In this document: one piece after another, positions 55,301-64,000 of the stretch
Numbering within the stretch: the stretch's first letter is position 1
Layout of the letters: each line of letters begins with the position of its first letter
Assembly: GCA_951406725.2 (NCBI GenBank)
Contig: OX597814.1
Location: 50,778,001 to 50,842,000, forward strand
Direction: 5' to 3'
Source of the DNA: Octopus vulgaris
Taxonomy: Eukaryota
Length of the DNA stretch: 64,000 nt
Program-made: the position numbers and the translations under genes
The notes under the pieces: model-generated
Databases searched by the model: none
What the model saw: the letters and a program-made list of their open reading frames with translations, nothing else
What the model was told of the DNA's origin: nothing

Positions 55301-56389
55301 TAACTTTGTGATATGAATGCACACAAGTTTGTTGGCCTCGACTTTGTTGTAATCTTAAAGAGAAATGTTTGTAGCAGTCATTTCTTCCATATGGTTGCTA
55401 TATACATTTTTTAATATTGTTTTTATAAGAATAATTTTCAAATTCCGTTATAGAATGTTAATGACTTCCTATAATCATTCTTAACAAGGAATTTTAAGTT
55501 AACACACATCTCCCAATTTTTTCTTTCCCCACTCTTGTTCTGTCTTTCTCAGTCCTCATTTCTCCCAGTCGCTTTCTCCGCCCCTTCTTTGTTTGTTCAG
55601 GATCATCTTGAGAATAACGAGAGCAACTGTAATGATGTGTATATAGAATATTTTTGATACTATAACTATTTTGAAGCCAGTTTTTTTTTTTTTTTTTTTT
55701 TTTGCTTTTCTTGACCCCTTGTTGTTAGGGTTAATTTTTTCTCTTCCAGTTTTTCTTACCTCAGAAAACTACAAAGAGCTCATATCTAAATTCAAACAGT
55801 GGTAGTTTAGATGGTTATGGTTACAAATTGTACTTTAACCAATGCCAACTCATTTTTGCATTGATAGATAATGTAATTTATTCTTGAAAAAAAAAAAGAG
55901 AGAGAATGCAGATAAACTTGCTTCAGTGCAAGTGGGGAAGGAGAAATTAAATGAACAAATCAAAACAAAACCCTGCTGATACCTAGAATCAAGATTAATT
56001 TGGTAAAATGTAACCACAAGCAAATATAGATACTCTCTCATCCCTCATACACTTGACCCTATCAAATAACCAGGACGTGACAACTAGTGAAAGAGAGGGC
56101 TGCACTAGCCATTGGCTGGTACTTTCATTATCAACCCTAAAAGAATTCAGGACAAAGGAAGAGTTGATCTTTGCAGGATTTGTGTGTGTGCATGTGTGTG
56201 TTTGTTCTACTACTAACATGGAATGAAAATTTATTATAATAGCATGAAATGATAGTATTATCACAAGCTACTTAACAATTATTAGCATAAGCAAATCTAG
56301 TCAACTATGTAAATATTTTATTATTCATAAAAAATATATTTTTTTTTTTTCAACATAAAACTTTTGTGCATTTTTCTTATATATATAAA

Positions 56390-57290
56390 CATCAGATAAT
56401 GCTGCAGATAGTGCAAACTTACAAGAACATGGAGCTAACTCTCACATAAATAAAACAGAGGTCCTGCATTAACAAGTGCCCAACAAGCAGAAACTTGGTT
56501 CAGCCATTCAAGTAGATGGGTAGGGAGTGGAAATGTAGAGCCCTTCTAATATCTGGATAGTCTCTTGCCACTTAATGCAGATATTGGTGAGGTCATCCAG
56601 CACCAGGTAAAACATGTCAATACAACCTTTGGTCATCTGAGTAGATTGGTATATGTAAAATCATGATCTGAGACAAACAGTTAAGCTAATGGTACATAAG
56701 GCAATTGTACCTATGCACCAATATGGCACTGAAACCTGGACAGGTTATAGGTGATATCTCCATAAGCTGGAAAGATACCCTCAGAGAAAGGAGGAAAATC
56801 ATGCACATTCTAGAGATGTTGGCTTGCTTGGGAACAGAGACATTGCTGTGTGCAGACAAACCAATATTTCCCGTATTAAGATCATGATTACACATCATGA
56901 TCATGATGTGCAAATGTTGGACTATTGGTTGCCAAAGCAGCTGTTTATTTCTAGGTGAATGAACGAAAGCACATCCAAAGAGGTCAAATGAAGGAGTTTG
57001 AGAATGAGCAAAAGGAAGTGTAGTGTCAATGTAATATGTACAAGTGGAAATCATAGATGACTAACTAACACAAGTGAAGAGGAATCATCTATGGTGATCC
57101 AACACTTCAATACAAAAAAATTAACATTTTACTTATAAACATGAGCAGAGAAAGCAGCATGAAACAACCAACCATAGAACCATTTGGAAAAGTCTGATCC
57201 AAAACCACACTGCAGGATCCCACATTGACTTATATTACTGACATGATCGCATGGGGGTCCACCGAAGTTAAATCTGTTGGGTAGCCAGCC
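56390..57290 (+). mobile_element. Decayed RTE/BovB-like LINE ORF 3' half
   Basis: Frames give NVEPF*YLDSLL..NADIGEVIQHQVKHVNTTFGHL, HDLRQTVKLMVHKAIV..YGTETWT and RKIMHI, typical of BovB-like RT C-termini. Confidence 0.7.
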
Positions 57291-57693
57291 TTGATCCCAA
57301 GGGATTGCTGGCTTACATTCTTCCTTTTTCATATGTCATTACATATTCCATGATATTCTTTTGTATCTGTTTAACTGAATAATTGTTTTAATATTATTTT
57401 ATTGTGTTAGCCAGTGATTTGATTTATTTTATTATTATTAGTAGTAGTGGTAGTAGCAGCAGCAGCAGTAGTAGTGAGATGGTGAGCTGGTAGAATCGTT
57501 AGTATGCTGGGCAAAATGCTTGGCAGTATTTTGTCCATCTTTACTTTCTGGGTTCAAATTCTGCTGAGGTCAACTTTGTCTTTCATTTCTTTTTTTGGGA
57601 TACCTTTCATCCCTTTTTGTGGGGTCAATAAAATAAATATCAATTGACATTATTTACATTTGACGGATATTTGTCCTCATCTTGTTTGTTGTT

Positions 57694-57739
57694 AACACAG
57701 CACTTCGGCTGATATACGTTCCAGCCTTCATCAGGTGTC
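57694..57739 (-). ncRNA. Minimal type I hammerhead (GAAA box mutated)
   Basis: gacac-CTGATGA-a-ggctg(loop)cagcc-GAAg-tgct-gtgtt; stems I and II intact. Confidence 0.6.
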
Positions 57740-57802
57740 TTGGGGAAATTTCGAACCTGGGTTCTCATTCCTAAGATATTTTTTTGATGTTATTATTATT
57801 CA

Positions 57803-57870
57803 GGTCATTGTCTGGTATCGAACTCAGAATTTTGGGGTTAGTAGTCCTCACTCTTAACCACTACACCATG
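57803..57870 (-). promoter_or_regulatory. tRNA-derived Pol III A/B-box head
   Basis: Minus strand has TGGTGTAGTGG (A box) and GAGTTCGATACC (B box, 57814-57825) at tRNA spacing. Confidence 0.7.
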
Positions 57871-57878
57871 ATGAAAGG

Positions 57879-57919
57879 CTGATGAAGGCTGGAGGGTATA
57901 TCAGCCGAAACATTGTGTT
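57879..57919 (+). ncRNA. Minimal type I hammerhead core (5' strand of stem I missing)
   Basis: CTGATGA-a-ggctg-gagggtatat-cagcc-GAAAC-ATT-gtgtt. Confidence 0.6.
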
Positions 57920-58109
57920 AATAACAAACAAGATGAGTACAAATATCCATCAAATGTAAATAATGTACATAATTCCTCATTTCTTAAATATAGGACTGTA
58001 GTACCATTTGAGTATTGAGGTTTGTGTAATTAACTATCCCCTTCCCCCAAATTGCTGGCCTTATGCCAAAATTTGAAACCATTATTGTTGTTGTTGTACA
58101 TATATGTAC

Positions 58110-58354
58110 AGTTCATAACTAATCCCCACATGACCCACGAGGCTATTAGATGTTGTTACACACCGCTGGTCACAATGTGCTTGTTTTAGCCTTCAAATGA
58201 TGCCCAAGCAACCCAACAAACCACCTGATTGAAGGGGGACTGGAGCAATGTGAAATGAAATATTTTGCTCAAGAACACAACACGCCTGGGAATCAAACCC
58301 ATGATCTATCAACCATGAGCACAGCAGTCTAACCACTAGGTCATGCACCTTCAC
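58110..58354 (-). mobile_element. Third tRNA-derived SINE family
   Basis: Minus strand reads gaaggtgcatgacctagtggttag...gggtttgattccc...gtgttcttgagcaaaat..ttcacattgctccagtc. Confidence 0.65.
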
Positions 58355-58901
58355 AATCTAACTAATGGACTGACAAAAAGGAAAAGAAAAAATTGAAAAA
58401 GAAAATCAAAATGTTAATAATTTAAAAGAAATCAGAAGTTGATTAATACACTTGTGAGGAGATAGAGCATCACTAATAGCTAATATTACAGGTTCAGATT
58501 TTAGCATTGCACATTTTTTGATGCACATGTGTATAAATGGTTGTTTGTGCGAATTCGAACTAAATATACATACATAAAAAAAAATAACTATACAAAGCTA
58601 TTTCCACCACTAATCTCAGTTGAGTGAACTAAATATTGCCTTAACAGTTTCACTTCACCCACCTGCCATTCTTTTATAATCAGCTAAACTAATTTAGATG
58701 CTACATTACAACTAAAAAGTTCTACAGTAATTAACTCCCTGCTTCACTGAACCATTCTTTATAGTTTTATCTTGGGATCAGAAACCTGTGGTTAGAGTAC
58801 TTGCAGTTCTCCAAATGCTGTAAGTTTTCACTAAATAAGGCTTTAACCTGCTGAGTTTCTGTCTGTACTGAATAGCCTTCCAGCATATCCTTATCTTATT
58901 T

Positions 58902-58957
<56 letters not shown>

Positions 58958-60149
58958 CCTCTTTTCTATTTCAGATTTTCATTTTCTTTCTTTCATTCTC
59001 TCTGCTTTCTCCCTTTTATTCTGGTATATCCCATGGGGCCAATGTTTGAATTTTTCAACCCCCTACACTAACACATCAGCTATCAAATCCTTCATCTTAT
59101 GGATGTTTTATTTATTTTTAACCTCCACCTCCTCCTCCTCCTCCTCCTACTACTACTACTACTAATACTACCCCCACTACCACCACCACACTACTACTGC
59201 TAAATAAATGATATCCCCTTTCTCCCAGTAGTAGGTCCATTTGTACTGAAATGCTACAGAATCAACATTGACCACCTGTGGATGTGAGAACTCCTTAAAG
59301 CTAGGCTGATCCCCAGGGGAGCCTTTTTATGTTGCACTGCTTTTACTTCCCTTTTGGCTAGCTTCACACAGAACATATTCAACCAAGACTACTTCAGCCA
59401 TCTGGCATTTTTCTAATACTAACTATCCATTCATCTATGCAAACTGCTGTCTCACTCACTCTCTTTCTCTCCATCCCTCTCTCTCTCTCTCTTTATCTAT
59501 TTGGTTTCACATTTAGTGGAGTCAGTAGAAAGTTGTTTCAAATCACATACTTCCTCTCCTCTTTTTTTATCCTTTTACCTCCCAAGTTCTGCCAATAGCT
59601 TGGTCAGCCCTTTCCTAAAACAGAAATAATTTTTTCTCTCCAGAAATTATCATTTTGCTTCTCTTTGTCCAGTACTCACTCACAAATACACACAACCTAA
59701 TATGTAATGTGTATTCAGTCATTTTACATCATCTCACCCAATATTCTCATGTAAACCATTATTCCGTTTTAAATACTGAGTGAAAAAAAAAACAATGTAT
59801 TTTTCCTTTGTTTTGTTTTGCTTTTTTGTGTGAAGGTGTTTTTTACCTGTCCAGCATATTTGCATTCTTCATTTCTACTGAGCAATTCCATTATCCAGAT
59901 TTAGCTATATATAATGCGTGTTTGTTAGTGTGTGTGTATGTGTGTGTAAATACATTTTTATTTGGTTTGTATTACTTTAATTTTATCTATAGAAATTGGA
60001 TGACATATGCATGTATTTACGGTTTATTTAATATTTATTGGTGAGTGTGGTATTGCATAACATTAAATATGTATTGTGTGTGTGTGTGTATATGAATATA
60101 TGTATATCTATGTGTATATAGGTATGTGTGTGTTGTGTTTTGTGTCTCT

Positions 60150-60340
60150 TATCATCATCACCATCATCATCACCTTGATGGCATGGAGTGAACAGTTTGA
60201 CAGGATCTAATAGCTGGAAGACTGCATCAAGCTCCAATATTCGCTTTGGCTTGATTTCTATGTTTTGATACCCTACCTAATGCCAACCACTTTACAGAAT
60301 GTAATGGGTGCTATTTTTCATGACATGTGCACTAGTGATG
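60150..60340 (-). mobile_element. RTE 3' tail fragment (old)
   Basis: (cat)n ... gataccctacctaatgccaaccactttacag. Confidence 0.65.
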
Positions 60341-61099
60341 TTTTCATGAGTAAAGCTGCAGAAGAGAGGATGGTGGCTTTATGCCCAGTGTTAAGAGACT
60401 AGAGTATGACAGACAGCACAGGGAAGAGCTTGCTAAAGAAGAAATACATGGCTAACCTCCTATTATATAAGGGTGGAGTAACTGGAAAGAAGATACTGAA
60501 GATAGTGACAAAGTGTCAGAGTGTACTATGAAGATATAAGATGGTAAATATATGAGAAAATACAAGCAGAAGATTGGAAAGGATAGATGGATAAATTCAT
60601 TAGAATGTGAGAGGAGAGTGACAGATGGTTAGAGACGGTGGGGGTAGAGATGAATGTAATGAATGGAACAAGGGTGGAGGTCTAGTTGATGGTAAATATT
60701 AGTATTGGAGGAAAGTGAAAGAAATTTCAGTTGCTCCAGGAGGAGATAAGTGTTTATGTTTGTGTGTGGATATGTGTGTTAATAACACCATTTTGACACC
60801 CACATTTCTGTGCTTGCATGCGCCAGATGGAGTTCATTGAGACTTATTTTCTGTGATCAGACGACCTTCCTGCCACCAACCGTTTCTATTTCCAAGCTAG
60901 GCAATATTTTCCCATGGACAGACATTTAGACAAAAAGATTGGAAATGAATGATACTCCATGTATGACTGACATTTTTTATAACTCTCCTGTGAAGTCAAG
61001 GACAACACAAACACAATGGAGACAGACCCCATGAACAAACATGCATGCTCACACACATACGCACACAAAGAAATACATACACACACAACACACACACAC

Positions 61100-61141
<42 letters not shown>

Positions 61142-61172
61142 ATCAAAATAAAAACATGATGCCAAGGATTCA

Positions 61173-61250
61173 GCGGTACATATGTTTCGGGCCTTTATTA
61201 GACAGATTTATAACAATGCATAATGTATGTCTGTGGCCTTCTTCAGCCGC
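61173..61250 (-). ncRNA. Type I hammerhead ribozyme (mirror copy)
   Basis: Exact reverse complement of 61355-61432. Confidence 0.75.
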
Positions 61251-61354
61251 GCACAACAACTTCCACAAGGACATGTGTTACATCAAAAATTCTTGGTTGG
61301 GGATGCAACCAAGAATTTTTGATGTAACACATGTCCTTGTGGAAGCTGTTGTGC

Positions 61355-61432
61355 GCGGCTGAAGAAGGCCACAGACATACATTATGCATTGTTATAAATC
61401 TGTCTAATAAAGGCCCGAAACATATGTACCGC
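61355..61432 (+). ncRNA. Type I hammerhead ribozyme with extended stem II
   Basis: gcgg-CTGAAGA-a-ggcc[acaga...tctgt]ggcc-c-GAAA-c-atat-GTA-ccgc; stem I gcgg/ccgc; palindromic stem III ACATATGT. Confidence 0.75.
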
Positions 61433-61534
61433 TGAATCCTTGGCATCATGTTTTTATTTTGATCAATTTACTCCACCACCTACACCACCAAACGGTATAC
61501 ACAGGTGCTTATAATTATCAAGTACTCACCCCGA

Positions 61535-61590
<56 letters not shown>

Positions 61591-62369
61591 AAGATTCGTT
61601 ACAGTAAAATAATCCACAGGTGTAAAGAGTAGATGTGTGTGAAGTTGGGTATAAATTTTATTTTAATCTGAAGTTGAAATTGCATTATTGCTTTTAGACT
61701 ATTAATTGTTAGCTCACTGTTCTGAATGATATATGACAAACAAAAAATACAGAACATTTGATTCATATCATTTCAGAAATATTTTGATTTTCTGATGACA
61801 GAAAAATATCCTGAATATTTGTTCAAGAGTGAACCTTTTTAAAGCAGTACATATGTTTTCTGAGAGACTAAATCACCACCATTGTTATCCTATTGTTAAT
61901 ATACTCCATATAAAATTATAGTCTTTGATATCAGTATTTTCAGTAGCCACATGTATTTTGATAAACTTGAGCCTGAAGATATCTCTGGATTTTTGAAAGG
62001 ATATTGATGATGATGAAATCATCCTATCCTTGATTTTGAAAGACATTAATCATTTACTTAAACAACTTAGAGATTACATAATCCAGAAGTATTAGATGTA
62101 GAAGATTAAGATTTTTGCTATTGGTCTGTGGTATTTCTCTTGCAAAAATTATGTATATGGCTGGATTTAGGTTTAACCCTTTTGTTGCCATTATTTCCTT
62201 TGAGATACTGAAGAGATGTTTAGCAATATATGTACTTACATTCAGGGTGAATGGGACTTTGAACCAAATAATTTTGTGCTTCTGTTTTTGTGTCTGGACA
62301 TTCATATTATATACATAACTAAATTTATCATTAAATTTAGTTCCCTCATTGCCCCTTTTCTCCCTACTT

Positions 62370-62882
62370 GTGCATGTGTGTGGCTGTGTAGTAAGAAGTT
62401 TGCTTCCCCACCACACAGTTCTAGTTTCAATCCCACTGCATGACACCTTGGGTAAGTGTCTTCTACTATATCCTCAGGCTGACCAAAACCTTGTGAGTGG
62501 ATTTGTTTGACAGAAACTGAAAGAAGCTCATTGTGTGTGTATGTATATATGTATATATATATATATATGTGTGTGTGCGTGTGTGTATGTATGTATGTAT
62601 GATGTATGTATTTATGTGTGTGTGTCTGTGTTTATCCCCCTGACATCACTTGTCAACCGATGCTGATGTGTTTATGTCCCCATAACATAGCAGTTCGGCC
62701 AAAGTGGCCAATAGAATAAGTACTAGGCTTACAAAGAATAAATCCTAAGGTCGATTTCTCCTAAAACCCTTTAAGGTGGTGCTCCAGCATGACCACAGTC
62801 AAAGGTGGTGCTCCAGCATGACTGCAACCAAAAGCAGTGCTCCAGCATGGCCACAGTCAAATGACTGAAACAAATAAAAGAA
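62370..62882 (+). mobile_element. SINE family A with triplicated tail segment
   Basis: Full head and body; gtgctccagcatg unit occurs three times at 62774-62860. Confidence 0.85.
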
Positions 62883-63952
62883 TATATATATATATATATC
62901 TATCACTGATCTTTCTATAACACCTTATGTATTTCTCAAAAGCTTTACTTGAAAATCAACTGTTTGGCATATTTATTCATTTATCATGCATTTTCAGAGC
63001 AGCCATTGCAAGGCATCTGCTAGATTTTTACTAAGCAAAATTATTATTCTTTACTGTTATTGTTCTTGTCACTATACTGTTGCTCTCTTATGACTGCTTG
63101 AAATTTTACATATTTTTACCTATGTGTGCGACAATATGAAAACAGAATGCCTAAAAAATGCTCCTTTCTCTCTCTACCCCTTATAGTAACCTGAAAATGA
63201 TAAAACCTCTCAGCTTCCCAGCTTATCCATACCTGTATGTGTGTCTGTCTGTGTTATATTGTCTTTCTCTAAGCTTAAGTGAGTAATCTACACAGTTAAC
63301 TGCTGCATCCCACAACAAAGGACAAAGAAATGTGTTAAGAATTTGCAAATGTGGAGGAAAATTTCGATAAGCAAATGAAATACAAACAAATTCAGTCTTA
63401 GTTTTCAAATACTGTGACAGTGCTAACAATAACAATAATAAAGTTTTGAAAAAATGTTTAGCATCAGGTAGGGATAAACAGGAGAGGAGACTTGGGCATT
63501 AAATGAGTTTAGGTTTGTAGAATCAGATATTACAGTTGTGATGAAAGGGATAGGCAGGTTATGCGGTTCAATGGTAGGCCGATTATTACAATGTATTAGT
63601 GAATAGAATATTGTCTACAGATAAAGCAAGTGTGGTGAGTGTGTCATTCCATATGTGTGATCAGAATTCTGGTTGAAGATAAGTTTTTAATCTATTATAT
63701 AGGACATGTAGGATTAGCAGTTGTTTAGAATGAATAGTTTTATATTCTGGAAAGGAAATTCAATATTATGAAGTTGTCTTCATCTGTATTTGATTCCCTG
63801 TAATCAAGTTTGCCATTCATGCATGAAGGTTTAATTAAATACCCGTAAAACACTGAAGGTAATTTTAGTGTTTGTGCATCTTATCTCTTAAAAAAAAAAG
63901 AAGGGAGGAAAGAAAAGACTCTTGTTACTTATCAAAAAAAATTTGTATTATT

Positions 63953-64000
63953 AGGTGTGGCTGTATAGTAGGAAACTTGCTTCCCAACCACATGGTTCCA
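63953..64000 (+). mobile_element. SINE family A head, truncated by the window end
   Basis: ggtgtggctgtatagtaggaaacttgcttcccaaccacatggttcca. Confidence 0.75.

Larger units (their letters stand above)
57647..57998. mobile_element. tRNA-headed, hammerhead-containing Penelope-type non-autonomous element with inverted arm
   Basis: 57647-57734 is inverted relative to 57879-57966; tRNA-like head at 57803-57870 (-); hammerhead boxes in both arms. Confidence 0.75.
57478..58085 (+). mobile_element. Meta-core SINE (family B variant) interrupted by the hammerhead element
   Basis: Head ggtgagctggtagaatcg to ggggtcaataaaataa at 57478-57640; resumes at about 58000 with agtacca...ccccaaattgctggcc...tttgaaacc. 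Confidence 0.7.
61138..61467. repeat. Near-perfect 330-bp palindrome (162-bp arms, 6-nt loop, one mismatch); Penelope-like pLTR inversion between (TA)n tracts
   Basis: 61138-61299 pairs with 61306-61467; single A/C mismatch at 61259/61346; (TA)n tracts at 61104-61138 and 61540-61584. Confidence 0.95.

Noticed and set aside
61045-61449. Identical peptide MMPRIQRYICFGPLLDRF... on both strands
   Set aside because: This follows from the DNA palindrome; there is no coding evidence

Overview
AT-rich, repeat-dominated eukaryotic DNA, either intergenic or deep intronic. The repeat families (tRNA-headed CORE-like and Meta/MESC-domain SINEs, RTE LINE tails ending in (GAT)n, very large TA/TG microsatellites) suggest an octopus or other coleoid genome; this is an inference. 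No host gene can be called with confidence, and nearly all ORFs in the track are microsatellite or repeat artefacts. Recognisable content: a 5'-truncated RTE LINE whose RT contains a PHD-like finger (6.8-8.8 kb), other RTE, CR1 and BovB-like remnants, a decayed Tigger/pogo transposase, a non-autonomous Helitron, piggyBac-type MITEs with TTAA target duplications, and many SINEs. The most notable signal is four unrelated non-coding inverted-repeat elements (11.9-13.3, 19.5-20.1, 57.6-58.0 and 61.1-61.5 kb). Each carries a type I hammerhead ribozyme motif of the Penelope/retrozyme kind, with a palindromic (in some copies mutated) stem III. Two also carry tRNA-derived Pol III heads and two have enlarged stem II domains. 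A perfect 158-bp palindrome sits at the window start.
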